Part shown: positions 1 to 13,639 of the stretch, piece by piece
Numbering within the stretch: the stretch's first letter is position 1
Layout: every line of letters begins with the position of its first letter
Assembly (NCBI RefSeq): GCF_030028105.1
Contig: NC_092377.1
Span: 103,779,177 to 103,843,176, forward strand
Source of the DNA: Mobula birostris
Lineage: Eukaryota
Reading direction: 5' to 3'
Length of the DNA stretch: 64,000 bases
The notes under the pieces: generated by a model
What the model saw: only the letters and a program-made list of their open reading frames with translations
Database searches by the model: none
What the model was told of the DNA's origin: nothing
Translations under genes and position numbers: made by a program

Positions 1-680
1 GCTGCTGCTGTCTTGCCCGGATAGATCATCCCCCTCAGCAGTATCCAAAGGGCTATACCTGTTGCTGAGGGGAATGGCCACAGCGAGACCCTGCACTGAC
101 TTCCTTCTCCCTGTATCTCTCTTGATTTTCACCCACCTACTCCATGAATGCTGCACTCTCGATGTAACCACCTGCTCAAAAGTTGTATTTATCAATTGTT
201 CTGCTTCCCGGATGATCCTTAGTTCATCCAGCTTCAGCTCCTTCGTGCGGTCTTTCATGAGCTGGAGTTGGCGAAACTTCCCGCAGGTGTAGTCATGAGG
301 GGGACCATCAGGTTCCATGAATTCCCACATCCTACAGGAGGAGCATTTCACTGCTGTATCTGCCACCCTGCCTGCATTGTACAATAGGCAACCCATTCAG
401 CAATAACAAAAGGAAAAACTAACCCTTCTGACCTGCTTCTTTGGCCTCGGCCTCTTCTCGTCAAAACCTGATGATCCTACTCTCACCGCTGGCCTACTCC
501 CAATAATGGCTGCCCCACTTGTCCCTTCTGTACTTTTATTCAATTCGCAGTGCTCTGCTCCAGTCACTGATTGGGCTTCTGAAATGTCTGAACGCCCATG
601 AAGCTCTCCTTTTATACAAGCTTCGCCGGCCTGCGAGTAAACAGGTCGAAGTGCTCTGCTTCTGTCACTGATTGGGCCTG
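1..680 (-). mobile_element. CR1 LINE 5' fragment (ORF1 N-terminus plus probable 5'UTR), degenerate
   Basis: Similar to the CR1 ORF1 regions at 8298-8621 and 18380-18700 (ggaatggccacag, catccagcttcagctcc, tcccacatcct). Confidence 0.65.
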
Positions 681-684
681 CAGA

Positions 685-1340
685 CTGGAGTACTGTGACT
701 AGTGGGGTGCCTGAGGAGTCAGTGCTGGCCCCTCTGTTATTTATTATTAATGTAACAGATTTGGATGTGAATGTACACGGCACGGCCGGCAACGTTACTG
801 TTAACACTAAATTACTGGGTCTTACTGATAATGAATTTGGTTACACTGAAATTACAAAGACATGTTGATCAGTCAGGGAGATGGGCTGAGGAATGTGAAA
901 TGCTTTTCAATGTAGATCAGTGTGAGGTGACACATTGTAGACATTCAGACCAGGGTGGGGCCTATACAGTGAATGACAAGGCACTGACGAGTGTTGAGGA
1001 AGAGAGGGAGCTGGGACCACAAGTGCACGGTTCACTGAACGTGACAGCACAAGTAGACAGAGTGGTGAAAGCGGTTTTTAGCTTGCTGGCCTTCATCAGT
1101 CAGGGCATCGAGTTTAGGAGCAGGGGCATTATGTTGTAGTTATATCAGTTATTGTTGAGTCCACTCTTGGAATATTGTGTGCGGTGTTGGTCACCCTGTT
1201 GTAGGGAAGACATTGCCAAGCTGAAGGCGTGCAGAGGAGATTTATGAGGATGATTGCACGACTGGAGAGCCTCAGTTATAGGGAGAGGTTGGTCACTCTG
1301 TCTCTTTATTCCCTGGAGGGCAGGAGAATGAGGAGTGACT
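685..1340 (+). mobile_element. CR1 LINE RT/3' fragment, degenerate
   Basis: gtgactagtggggtgcct (VTSGVP) motif; ORF 771-1139 has QVDRVVK..F..LAFISQGIEFRSR, typical of the CR1 ORF2 C-terminus. Confidence 0.8.
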
Positions 1341-2231
1341 GCAATGTGATTCTTCCTACTGCCTGTAAACAGAAGTTATTTTAACATTTGTTCTGTGTTC
1401 TTTCCTGGTTCACCTCAGGGAATTTGCATATGTATTTACAAACAAAAGGAGACAACACACATGTTCAAGGCCACAAGAAAATACTTTATTAGAACTAGCA
1501 CAAATGCAATACAAAAAAAACAAATCTCTAGAGCAATAAGTAGTAGCAGTACAAAAATCAAAATAGTACTTGTCATCCTCTAAGTGAGCTGATGTGTGGA
1601 ATGCTGACAGACTTCTACACAGCCCCTCCTCTCTCTCTCTTCTGAAGTCTAACTCCATTTCGACACGCTCTGACTCTCCTCGACATACTGACCCTCTGTC
1701 AGCACCCATCACCAGCTGTGACCAGCCTGGGACAAAACTTTCTCTCCTTACACCAGGAACGTGTCCCTTTTATACCCTTCAAAATCCCCTACAGTTGTAC
1801 GTTTCCATGCATTTGTTACCTGTCTCTGCGCAATGACCTCGCCTTCCCCAGTAAGACATGTTTTTCACCATTTTCCACTGTTATGTTGATAGACTTGTAT
1901 TCCCTTAACTTTCTCAAACATTGCTGTGAGCTGCTTCTCTTGTACTTTCTCAAAACAATCCCACTCTAAGCTAACACCATTTTGTCTGACAGACTTCCAC
2001 TGTACCTTAGCAAATACCGAGGAATCACATTTAACTTTTCCTTACACCACCATCTGTCACATCTGTCTGGTTAAGTCCAGGCTCAGGCTGAGGGGCCAGG
2101 TGCTGACTGAACCCAGCTCAGTGATGGTGACACAGTGTTGTATCCACCCCGTCCCTTGTCCATCTCCCCCTTCTCATTCACCAACTCACCCTCCCACCAT
2201 CCACCTCTCCCAACGGTCTCCTCCTCCTAGG

Positions 2232-3220
2232 TGGAGGGGCAGATAATGTTGAGGAAGCAGGGTGTCTGCAGAAGGACTGAGAAGAGCATGGTCATTGAAC
2301 AAAGATATATCATAGATTGAACAAAGGCATAGACAACTTTCTAAACAGGGAGAAGATTCAAATATCAGAGGAGCAAAGTGACTTGGGAGTCCTTGTGCAG
2401 GAGTCCCTACTGGTTAATTTGTAGATTGAGTTGGTAGTAAGGAGAGCAAATGCATTGTCACCTTTCAGTTTCAGAGATCCAGTACATTCAAGATTCAAGA
2501 TTGTTTATTGTCAGTCTTCAGTGTAAAAGAGAGTGAAAAGATTGTTACTCTGGATTCAATGCAGCATAAAAAACAGAATAAACATAATGGGAACAATAAA
2601 ACATAATAAATACAAACACATAAGATTCGCTAAAATACGTAGAGTTATTGCATGTACATAAAGTGACTCAAATGTAATGCCAGCATTCATTCTGAGAGGA
2701 CTAGAATATAAAAGGAAGGATGTAATGCTGAAGCTTTATAAGGCATTGATCAGACTGCACGGAGTATTGTGAGCAGCTTGGGCCCCTTATCTATGAAAAG
2801 ATGTGCTGGCATTGGAGAGGGTCTAGAGGAGGTACCTGACAATGATGCTGGAACTCAAAAGGGGTGCTCGAGTATTGAAAGGCCAAGATAGAGTGGATGT
2901 GGAGAGGATGTATCCAATAATAAGGGAGTCTAAGACCAGGGGACACAGCCTCAGACTAAAGGGACACCCATTCAGAACAGTGATGAGAAGGAATTTCTTT
3001 AGGGTAGTGAATCTGTTAACTCATTGCCACAAACTGCTATGGATGCCAACTCATAGGGTATATTTAAAGCAGAGGTTGCTAGGTTCTTAATTGGTCTGGG
3101 TGTGAATGTTCATGAGGAAAATCCAGTAGAATTGAGTTTGAAGGGGTAATCAATCAGCCATGATGGAATGGCAGAGCAGACTCGATGGGCTGAATGGCCT
3201 CATTCTGCTCCTATGTCTTA
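2232..3220 (+). mobile_element. CR1 LINE 3' fragment
   Basis: TRGHSLRL..FF.RVVNL motif; 3' tail gggctgaatggcctcattctgctcctatgtctta. Confidence 0.8.
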
Positions 3221-4149
3221 AAGCCTTTTCGTTAGTTAACACGGTTATCTCTGATCTGTGCTGATCACAGCTCCAGTGTCTGTTTCCCTACCCCTTAGTT
3301 CCTCACTCCCTTTATCTATCCCCACCTGAAATATACCTAGCCACATGGCCTCCACACCCTTAGGGTCAGAGAATCCCATAGATTGCTCACTCAGACATAT
3401 AATTCCAGAAAATTCCATATGTCTCCATATGAAATGAGCATCCCCTAACTTTGCCCTGTCCATTACTTTCTGACTGATGAAGGGAGATGGCCTATCAAGA
3501 TACTCAACAGACACCCTATCAGGCCCCCTTAATATCACATGTGAATATACTCTAAATTCAGGCCCAAATTGTCTCCCCTCTGCTGGTAAATCATCCCAGG
3601 AATTTCACTGGCAAATCTCCTCTGGACTGACTCCAATGTTATTCTTATCATTTCTTTTAGCTCAGGGAACAAACCGTGCACAGAATTCCAGATGAGTCCT
3701 CGCCAACACCGTGTACATTGGGAACTACACCGCCCCGTTCCTAAACTCCACTCCCTGTGCAGTAAAGGCCAAAGAGCCATCTGCCTTCTGAACCACTTGA
3801 TGCAGAATCACAATGTCATCATCGGATTTCCTTCCACTGTCTCTGTGTCATCAGCAGACTTGGACATCTCACATCTCGTTCCCTCCTCATGGTCAACAAC
3901 TGTGGCCAAGAGCCGATCTCTAGGGTATTCCAAAAGTTACCTCCTTCCAGTGAAATCGACCCACTTATTCCAGCCACTCATAAAACACTGGGGAGCTCAG
4001 TGGGTCAGGAAGTGTCTCTGGAGAGGAATGGACAGTGGACAAAGTCATTGTGTCACCTTTGCTCATTTAGGAAATCACTTTGTTCAGCATCCTGTGGTTC
4101 TGACTATCTGCCACTGAGACCACGTTTGTTTTCTGTTTTCTCTGGGTAC

Positions 4150-4702
4150 GTAACAATGTACTGAGTAACAAGTGACCAGTGGCATTCACACCACACAGAG
4201 TCAATCTCCAACGAGAAAGCATCATCACCTACTCTTGAGGGTGAATGGCATTGCTGACTCGGAGTTTACCACCATCAAATGTCAGGAGGGTCACAATAAT
4301 CAGAAAGTCTTCAGAAACAGCTGTGTAAATACAATGTGTTCTTCGTAAGTCTGTGGGACAGGCCCAGAATGTGAAGCTAACCTAATGGAGCGCGACAAAC
4401 TTAACCAAGTCACAGACTGATGAAAGGCAGAAATGAGCCATTCTGATATGGAGGGAAGGCAGAGAATTTGATGTTGTGTTCAGATGCCTGACTGTGCCTG
4501 GTTAGAAGACCAAAATTATTTTAGCTGAAACATTTTCCTTCACTCGTTGACATCCTTTGTAGAAAAGACAAAAGATGTGTGTATGGGTATCTCAAACACA
4601 ACAGCACGAAAATTCTGCTGTGTCTTTCAGTTTAACAGCATCTGAATGCCACCAATCCTTGAATGTGGAGGAGGAGATTCTTGAGGAGACTGCACACCAG
4701 TC
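4150..4702 (+). pseudogene. 5' part of ZNF paralog (intron end and start of exon), separated from its fingers by a CR1 insertion
   Basis: Aligns by eye with 11010-11570 (upstream of the intact ZNF) and 14580-15230. Confidence 0.65.
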
Positions 4703-7700
4703 CATAAGACCATAAGACATAGGAGCAGATCTAGGCCATCGAGTCTGCTCCGCCATTCCATCATGGCTGATCCCGGATTTCACTCAACCCCGTTCACCTA
4801 CCTTTGATGCCTGACGAATCAGGCAACTATCAATTTTCGCTGTACATATAACCACTGACTTGGTGTCCACAGGAGTTTGTGGCAGAGCGCTCCACAGGTT
4901 CATTATTCTCTGGCTAACAAAATTCCTCCTTACCTCTGTTCCAACGGGTCACCCCTCAACTTTGAGGCTGTGCCCTCTAGTTCTGGATACCCCCACCATA
5001 GGAAACATCCTCTCCACATCCACCTTATCTAATCTTTCAACATTCGGTAGGTTTCAATGAGATCTCCCCACATTCTTCTAAATTCCAGTGAGTACAGACC
5101 GAAAGCTGCCAAATGCTCCTCATAGGTTAACCCCTTCATTCCCAGAATCATTCTCATGGCCTCTCTCTGGATTCTGTCCAGTGACAACACATCCTTTCTG
5201 AGATATGGGGCCCAAAAATACTCCAAATGCAGCCTGACTAGTGTCTTATAAAGCCTCAGCATTGTCTTCTTGCTTTTATATTACACTCCCCTTGAATTAA
5301 ATGCCAACATTGCACTTGCCCTCTTTACCATAGACTCAACCTGTAAATTAACCTTCTGAGAGTCTTGCACAAGGACTCCTCAGTCCTTCTGCACGTCTAA
5401 TGTTTGAATTTTCTCCCTATTTAAATAGTCTGAACTTTTGTTCCTTTTAGCAAAATGCAGTATCATACATTTCCCAACACTGTATACCATCTGCCACATT
5501 TTTCCCTGTTCCTTCAGTTTCTCTAAGTCCTGCTGAAATCACATTGCTTCCTCAGCACTACCTACCCGTCCACCCCTCTTCATATCATCTGCAAACTTTG
5601 CTACAAAGCCATCAATTCCATTATCTAAATCATTAACAAACAATATGAAAAGTAGCAGTCCCAATACTGACCCCTGAGGAACACCGCTAGTCACTGGCAG
5701 CCAACCAGAAAAATTCCCCTTTGTCCCACTTGCTGCTTCCTTCATATCAGCCATTCCTCTGTCCATGCCGGTATCTTAATTGTATTGCCATGGGATTTTA
5801 TCTTGTTAAGCAGCCTCATGTGTAGCACCTTATCAAATGCCTTCTGAAAATGCAAGTGAATGACATCCACTGCCTCTCCTTTGTCCACCCTGCTGTTACT
5901 TCCTCAAAGAACTCTAACTGATTTGTCAGGCAAGATTTCCCTTTACGGCAACTATGCTGACGTTGACTTACTTCATTATTCGTCTCCAAGTACACTGAAA
6001 CCTCATCTTAATAATAGACTCCTAACACTCTCTCAATCACTGAAGTTAGGCTAATTGGCCTATAATTTCCTTTCTTTTACCTTCCTCCCATCTTAAAGAG
6101 TGGTGTCACCATTGCAATTTACCAGTCCTCTGGGACAATACCAGGATCAAATGATTCTTGAAAGATCATAACCAATGCATCTGCTATTTCTTCAACAACC
6201 TCTTTCAGAACACTGAGATGTAGTCCATCTGGTCCAGGTGATTTATTCACCTTAAGACATTACAGTTTGCCTGGCACTTTTTCTTTTGTGATAGCAATGG
6301 CACTCATTTCCGCTCCCTGACACTTATGGACCTCTGGCAGACTGCTAGTGTCAACCACAGTGAAGACTGATGCCAAGTTCATCCGCCATTTCTTTGTCCC
6401 CTATTAATACCTCACCAGCCTTATTTTCCAGTGGTCCAATATCAGCTGTCACCTCCCTTTTACTCTTTATATAACTGAGAAAACTCTTAGTCTACTGCTT
6501 TATATTATTGGCTAGTTTACCTTCATATTTCATCTTTTCCCTTCTTATAGCTTTTTTAGTTGCCTTTTGTTGGATTTAAAAGCTTCCCAATCATGCAACG
6601 TCCCACTCACTTTTGCTACCTTTTATGCACTTTTCTTGGCTTTCATGCAGTCCTTAACTTCTTTTGTCAGCCACAGTTGCCTTCCCCTGCTATTTGAGAA
6701 CTTCTCTTTCTGTGGGACATACCTATCTTGTACCTTATGAACTATTCCCAGAAGCTTCAGCCACCTCTGTTCTGCCATCATCCCTGCCGGTATCCTCCTC
6801 CAATCCACCTGGGCAAGCTCATCTCTCATGCCTCTGTAATTCCCTTTATTCCATTGTGATACTGATACATCTGACTTATGCTTCTCCCTCTCAAATTGCA
6901 GAATGAATCCAATTATATTATGATCACTCTCCAGAGGGTTCCTTTATCTTAAACTCCCTTGTAAAATCTGGAATATTGCACAACACCCAATGTAGGACAG
7001 CCTTTCCCCGAGTAGGCTCAAGCACAAGCTGTTCTAAAAAGCCATCTCATTGGCATTCAACAAATTCCCTCTCTTGCGATCCAACATCAACTTGATTTTC
7101 CCAATCCCCTTGCATAATGAAGTCCCCCATTACAATTGTGTCATTACACTTATTACATGCCTTTTCCAGCTCCCTTTGCAATCTCAACCCCACATCTTAG
7201 CTACTATTTGGAGGCCTATATATGATTCCCGTAATGGCTTTTCTTTTTAACTTGCAGTTTCTTAACTCCACTCACAAAGATTCAACATTCTCTGACCCTG
7301 TATCATCTCTTTCTAAAGCTTTAGTTCCATCACTTACTACCACCTATGCATTCCTGCCTGTCCTTTTGATACAAAGTATATAATTTTATATTAAGCTCCC
7401 AACTATGACCTTCTTTCAGCCATGACTCAGTGATGCCCACAACATCCTACTGACCAATCTCTAATTGCGCCACGAGTTCATCCACCTTATTCCGAATTCC
7501 ATGTCCATTTAAATATAGCACCTTCAGTCTTGCATTCTTCGTCCTTTTGAATTCTGCTTCAGTGGTACAATTTAACTCTTTACTCTGTCTGCATTTGTAC
7601 CCAATCATTGGTTTGTCCTTCCTTACATTCATGTTACACGCATCATCCCAGCTCATCCTCAGCTCTATCAAACTGATTCCTGTCCCACTGCAATATTAGT

Positions 7701-8627
7701 TTAAACCACTCCCAACAGCTTTAGCAAACCTGCCCATAAGGATATTGGTCCCCCTTGGATTCAAATGCAACTTGTCCCTTTTTGTACAGGTCACACTTGT
7801 CAGAAGAGGTCCCAATTATCCAGAAATCTGAATCCCTGCCTCCTGCTCCAATTCTTCAGCCACGCATTTATCTGTCACCTCATTCTATTTCTATCCTCAC
7901 TGTCACGTGACACAGGCAGCAATTCCGAAATGACTACCCATGAGGTCCAGCTTCTCAACTTGCCTCCTATCTCCCTGTATTCTGTTTTCAGGACCTCCTT
8001 CCTTTTTCTACCTTGGTCTTTGGTACCAATATGTCCCACAAGTTCTGGCTGCTCACCCTCCCTTTTCAGGATATTGTGGATGTGTTCAGAAACATTGTGG
8101 ATCCTGGCACCTGGGAGGCAGTCTGCCATCCGTGTTTCTTTTTTGTGTCCAAAGAATCACCTATCTGTCTCGCCAACTATAGAGTCCCCTATTACCGCTG
8201 CCATCCTTTTCAGTTTCCTACTCTTCTGAGCCACAGGGCCAGACCTTGTGCCAAAGGCTGTTGCTTCCCCCGGATAGGCCCCAACCCCCAACAGTACTCA
8301 AAATGGAGTACTTATTGTGAGGGGGACGGCCACAGGGGTGTTCTCCACTATCTGACTTTCTCCCTTCCATCTCTTGACAGTCATCCATTTATCTGTTTCC
8401 TGTAACCTTGGGGCGACTACCTCCCTGTAGCTCCAGTCTATCACCTCCTCACTTTCCCTAACAAGCCGAAGATCATCGAGCTGCAGCTCCAGTTCCCTAA
8501 CACGGACTCCAAGGAGCTGCATCTCAATGCACCTGGTGCAGAAATGGACATCAGGGAGGCTGGAAGTCTCCCGGACATCCCATATCTGACACCCAGAACA
8601 GAACACTGACCCTACAGACATACTCTG
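4703..8627 (-). mobile_element. Near full-length decayed CR1 LINE (ORF1 with SGNH esterase-like region; ORF2 APE endonuclease and RT) with 5-bp TSD cagtc
   Basis: ORF fragments CLPGARI..VGHIGT (ORF1), LYLNGHGIRNKVDEL (EN), [12 protein letters not shown] and KFADD (RT); tail cataagaccataagacat; cagtc at 4698-4702 and 8628-8632. Confidence 0.9.
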
Positions 8628-8632
8628 CAGTC

Positions 8633-9340
8633 ATAGCCAGGAGAACCTGTATGTGTGTACATACCCGTGATCTGACCTGATAATTTGCCATCAAGTTGAT
8701 AACAATGAGATGCCATCCATTGGCTCTCATTTTGGAAGGGATTCATGAAGTCATCGTACATGCAGATACACCAGCAAATTCACACTGGGGAGAGAACATT
8801 CACCTGCTCTGTGTGTGGGAAGGGATTCATTCAATCATCTGATACACAGAAGCACCAGAGAGTCTGCATTGTAGAGAGGACATTTATCTATTCCAAGTAT
8901 GGGAAGGGACTTATTCAGTTATTGGAAACACAGAGACATCAGCCAATTCAGACAGGGCAATAGCCATACACCTGTTTTGAGCATGGGAAGAGATTCATCC
9001 AGTTAACCTGCCTTGTCATGCTCCGGACAGTTCATAATAACTAGAGTCCTGAGAAAGCAAAGAGACTTCCTTGGTCATCCTACTGCTGAAACACCAGCAA
9101 CTGCACATCAAGGAGAAAGTTCAGATAAGCTGTATGTTAAATTTTTAACCATCCTGCTGACTGAATCCAGTTAAAAGTTCACAAGAGAAGGGTAATATCA
9201 GATTCTGTAGATTTTGCGGCTGTTCAACACATCCAGGACGGACCCCTGATCACTGAGCATTGGAGGGGTGTGTTCTGCTGTTGCTGACCTTAAGTTAGAC
9301 TGGTGTTTAATGTTGTGGATCTGTGACAAATAAATCTGTT
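8633..9340 (+). pseudogene. Degenerate C2H2 zinc-finger pseudogene exon
   Basis: HQQIHTGERTFTCSVCGKGF followed by decayed fingers with stops; 3'UTR similar to that of the intact ZNF, with aataaa at 9329-9334. Confidence 0.85.
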
Positions 9341-10169
9341 CTATTTCAAATCCTGTGTCTCAGGTGCTTCCTGTCTCTGTCACACACCCTATGTACAGTA
9401 GAGGCCACTCAGTCCAACTGGTCCCTGCCCATGTTTCTGTTCCACATCAGTCCTTTTAAATCCATCCCTGCTATTCATCTCTTGCTCTCCCTGTGGTGAC
9501 AGTTTGCAACTGGTCACCACTGTGGGTGAAGAAGTTTTGCTTGAATTTTCTGCATGAGTTTCTGCAGGTTGAATAAGATGATGAGCTCACTGTGATTTTA
9601 TCCCAGACATTCCTGGTTCCTCAGGGCTCTGGGCCCAAGGAGAATGTCATGCATGGTTAAACTCCTTCCCTGTTCACTTTAACGTTGTGGGTCATTTTCA
9701 CTGATTTCAAAGGCTGTCCCTCACATAGCTCAACAGTTGCAATACACCACTCTCCTCTAAAGGGTAACGGAGGAACGGTGTTGATGGAGTAGGGTCAAAA
9801 CCCAAAGGGGAGCCAGCACAAGTCAGGGCTTTGGGGATCCAGAAAGTGGCAGGGTCTAGAGTTCCCAGGGAGGACAGAAATCAGACGGGGAGGATGTGGC
9901 AACAAATGAAAGATTAGCAATATATGTAAAGTTGATTGTTTATTCTTCTGCTTAGATGCTGCCTGACCTGCTGAGTCCCTCCAGCACTTTGTGTGTACAG
10001 TATTGCTCTGTATTTCCAGCATCTGCAGAATCTCTTGCGTTTTTAAGTGAGTTAGATTTTGATATTTGACACACGGAATGCCTATTGATATTAAGTATAT
10101 TATTTGTGGGAGCTTGCTGCGATAGTTAGCTGCTGTCTTTCTATATAAAATCATTAAATATCTTTTAGA

Positions 10170-10660
10170 CTTGTGGCGTGGAAACGGAATTTGCAGACAC
10201 TTTTAATGGCACCGCGCCCACACGAAGGAGACCGCGCGTCAGGATTAGCCGCCAGGGACCCACTATCGAATGCGCAGGCGTAAAGGCCGCAGACTGTGCG
10301 CGGAAATCGCGCATGCGCTCAGTGGACAAAAGACTGCGGACCGACCGCAGGTGAGGATCGGTGCTCCGAGTGGGGCGGGGGCATGAGCACCCTGACTGCA
10401 GGGCAATTGCTGTGAGTTCCTGATATTCAGTGGCCCCGCAAACCGGGATTTGTCCCTGTGATTTCGATCTCTCTCAACCCCATGATTCAGACCAAGCCCC
10501 TGGAGGGAGTTTCCCGCTGGTGAGTGAAGGCGCTGGCGCCATTTTGAGGGGCATGCGCCTCCCCCCTGGGACGGTAACGGATAGACAGGTCTCTGGGTCG
10601 TGAGGGTTTCTGGGTAGAGGGGCAGCCGTGCAGACACTGCCTCAGCTCACCGGGCACGTT
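10170..10660 (+). promoter_or_regulatory. CpG-rich promoter and likely non-coding first exon of the ZNF gene
   Basis: Locally high CpG; NRF1-type gcgcatgcgc 10309-10318; ETS-like cggaaa 10301; GC box ggggcgggg 10372-10380; YY1-type gcgccattttg 10536-10546; donors cag|gtgagg (10351) and tg|gtgagt (10520). Confidence 0.7.
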
Positions 10661-10827
10661 TGGAAGCTCAGGTGGAGGAAATGAGAGCGGATGGATCTCT
10701 CAGACCCTGTTGAGCTCCAGCTATCAAACTCCAATGAATAGGAACTCGGAACTCAAATATTATAATGAGTTAATCTTGGATGAATAGTCTTATCTTCCAG
10801 TGAATGGAAATGTCAATCAGTGCTGCA

Positions 10828-10832
<5 letters not shown>

Positions 10833-10871
<39 letters not shown>
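10833..10871. repeat. (AC)n microsatellite, about 19 units
   Basis: Perfect AC run. Confidence 0.97.
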
Positions 10872-10872
<1 letters not shown>

Positions 10873-11510
10873 CAGAATCCTTCCATGGCCTTTAGTTCTT
10901 GAGGAAATCACTTTTGTTCAACCTCTTCCTGTACTGGCCCCTTCTACCTGTAAGAAGATGTTTTGTACCACTCTCTCTGGGTGCATAATGATATCAAAAA
11001 CCTTTGTCCTGCGTAACAAGTGATCTAGATTTCACAGCACAAAAGTGCCACATTCCAATGAGAAAGAACTACTGCCCCCCCTTCCCTTCATATTTATTGG
11101 CATTGCCATGGATGAGTTCACCACTATCAATCACTGGGGGTGGGGAGGTGTGTCAGAGTAATTAGGAAATCTGTAAGAGCAGTCATGTAATATTGTGTGC
11201 TCTTTGTAGCACTGTGGGATATGACTGGAACTTGAAATAATACTGATGGAGAGAGACAAACTGAGCCAAATCACAGATTGAAGTCAGGCAGAAATCATCC
11301 ATTCTGATACAGACAGGAGAACAGTCAGAGACTTTGATGCCAGTCCATATGCCTGATCTGTGCCCAACTGGAAGATGAGGAATTGTTCTTCCAACTTGTG
11401 TTGAACATCACTGTAACAGTGTGATGTCAGAGCTCACCACACAGACTAAAATTATCTCATCTGAAGTGTTGTCCTTCACTCATTCATGTCTTTTGTAAAT
11501 CTTTTTACAG

Positions 11511-11924
11511 GTTAGAAATTGCAAAGAATGTGTGTAGGGGAATCTCAAACACAATAACGGAATTTACTCACTCAGCCGACCCACGGTCACACCAGTGAGT
11601 TCACAGTGCGGAGAGAGGCCATTCACCTACTGCGTGTGTGGGAGGGCTCTGTTCAGCCTGAAGATACATCAGCAAGTTCACACGATAGAGGATTCACCTG
11701 CCCTGACTGTGGGAAGTGATTCATTCTGTATTCTAAGCTGAAGATATATCAGAAAATTCTCACCAGTGAGAGGCTATTCACCTGTTAATGTCTGGGAAGA
11801 AACTACCTCACTCAGCTCACCGGCAGAAAATCCAGGGAAGAGAGACCATTCACCTGCTCTGTATGTGGAAGAGCTGTCCTCAGTTATCTGATCTGTGATA
11901 CTCAAGTGATTTCACACTGGGGAG
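11511..11924 (+). other. Putative 5'UTR of the ZNF coding exon, made of about 4 decayed zinc fingers after splice acceptor tttttacag|g
   Basis: Acceptor ends at 11510; remnant finger motifs (ccattcacct, gactgtgggaag) with indels and stops; in-frame TGA at 11907-11909. Confidence 0.6.
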
Positions 11925-13385
11925 ATGCCATTCAGCTGTTCAGACTGTGGGAAGGGATTCACTCGGTCATCTGACCTATTGGCACACCAGTCATTTCACA
12001 CTGGGGAGAAACCATTCACCTGCTCAGACTGTGGAATGGGATTTTCTCGATCATCTAAACTGAAGGTACACCAGCGAGTTCACACTGGGGAGAGGCCATT
12101 CACTTGCTCAGACTGTGGGAAGGGATTCACTGTTTCATCCAGCCTACAGACACACCAGTTAGTTCACACTGGGGAGAGGCCATTCACCTGCTCAGATTGT
12201 GGGATAGGATTCACTCGGTCATCTGATCTTCTGGCACACCAGTCAGTTCATACTGGGGAGAAACCGTTCACCTGCTCAGACTGTGGGAAGCGGTTCACTC
12301 GGTCATTTCATCTGAAGCTACACCAGCGTGTTCACACAGGAGAGAGACCATTCATCTGCTCAGATTGTGGAAAGGGATTCACTCGGCCGTCCTACCTGCA
12401 GACACACCAGCGAGTTCATACTGGGGAGAGACCGTTCACCTGCTCAGACTGTGGGAAGGGATTCACTCGGTCATCTTACCTACTGGCACACCAGCAAGTT
12501 CACACTGGGGACAGGCCATTCATCTGCTCAGAATGTGGGAAAGGATTCATTCAGTTATCCAATCTACAGAGACACCAGCAAGTTCACACTGGGGAGAGGC
12601 CGTTCATCTGCTCAGACTGTGGGAAGGGATTCACTCAGTCATTTGAACTGAAGGTGCATCAGCGAGTTCACACAGGAGAGATGTTGTTCATCTGCTCTGA
12701 ATGTGGGAAGGGATTCACACGACCATCCCACCTACACACACACCAGCGAATTCACACTGGGGAGAAACCATTCACCTGTTCAGATTGTGGAAAAGGATTT
12801 ACTCACTCATCTCACTTGAAGCTACACCATCGAGTTCACAGTGGAGAGAGGCCATTCACTTGCTCTGAATGCGGTAAGGGGTTCTCTCAGTCATCCAGTC
12901 TACAGAGACACCAGTCAGTTCACACTGGGGAGAAACCATTCACCTGCTCAGATTGTGGGAAGGGATTTCCTCAGTCATTTCAACTGAAGCTACACGAGCG
13001 AGTTCACACTGGAGATAGGCCATTCACCTGTGCTGAATGTGGGAAGGGATTCACTCAGTCATCCAGTCTACAGACACACCAGCGAATTCACACTGGGGAG
13101 AAACCGTTCGCCTGCTCAGACTGCGGGAAGGGATTTGCTCAGTCATCTCAACTGAAGATACACCAGCGAGTTCACACTGGGGAGAGGCCATACATCTGCT
13201 CTGTATGTGGGAAGCGATTCACTCAGTCATCCAGCCTACAGACACACCATCGAGTTCACACTGGGGAGAGACCGTTCATCTGCTCTGAATGTGGGAAGGG
13301 ATTCATTCAGTTATCGAACCTTGTGACACACTACCGAGTTCACACTGGGGAGAAAGTTGCAATAAGCTGCATGCTGGATATTTAA
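11925..13385 (+). CDS. C2H2 zinc-finger protein, 17 tandem fingers, 486 aa, no KRAB/BTB/SCAN domain visible
   Basis: 17 CxxC-x12-HxxxH repeats with TGE(R/K)PF linkers, uninterrupted ORF; polyA signal aataaa 13569-13574. Confidence 0.93.
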   Translation: MPFSCSDCGKGFTRSSDLLAHQSFHTGEKPFTCSDCGMGFSRSSKLKVHQRVHTGERPFTCSDCGKGFTVSSSLQTHQLVHTGERPFTCSDCGIGFTRSSDLLAHQSVHTGEKPFTCSDCGKRFTRSFHLKLHQRVHTGERPFICSDCGKGFTRPSYLQTHQRVHTGERPFTCSDCGKGFTRSSYLLAHQQVHTGDRPFICSECGKGFIQLSNLQRHQQVHTGERPFICSDCGKGFTQSFELKVHQRVHTGEMLFICSECGKGFTRPSHLHTHQRIHTGEKPFTCSDCGKGFTHSSHLKLHHRVHSGERPFTCSECGKGFSQSSSLQRHQSVHTGEKPFTCSDCGKGFPQSFQLKLHERVHTGDRPFTCAECGKGFTQSSSLQTHQRIHTGEKPFACSDCGKGFAQSSQLKIHQRVHTGERPYICSVCGKRFTQSSSLQTHHRVHTGERPFICSECGKGFIQLSNLVTHYRVHTGEKVAISCMLDI

Positions 13386-13639
13386 CCATCACAGTTGCTG
13401 AGTCCAGAGGCAAGTTCAAGAATGACTGATGGTATGGAACTCCAATTATTGCTGCTGCTCTTTACACCCGGTTCTGCACCCCACCCTGGTCACTGGATGG
13501 GGGAGGAGTTTCTTCTGCTAATACTCAACTTTAAGGGGACTGGAGTTTAATATTCTGGCTCTATGACAAATAAAGCAGTTCTATTTTAAACTCTGTCTCA
13601 GTATACGATAGAGAGTCAACTCAGCCCAGCTGGTCACAG

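Noticed and set aside
12328-13288. Alternative-frame ORFs in the ZNF and its 84-bp periodicity (CRISPR-like look)
   Set aside because: By-products of the 28-aa finger repeat; eukaryotic DNA with no spacer/repeat structure or cas genes.
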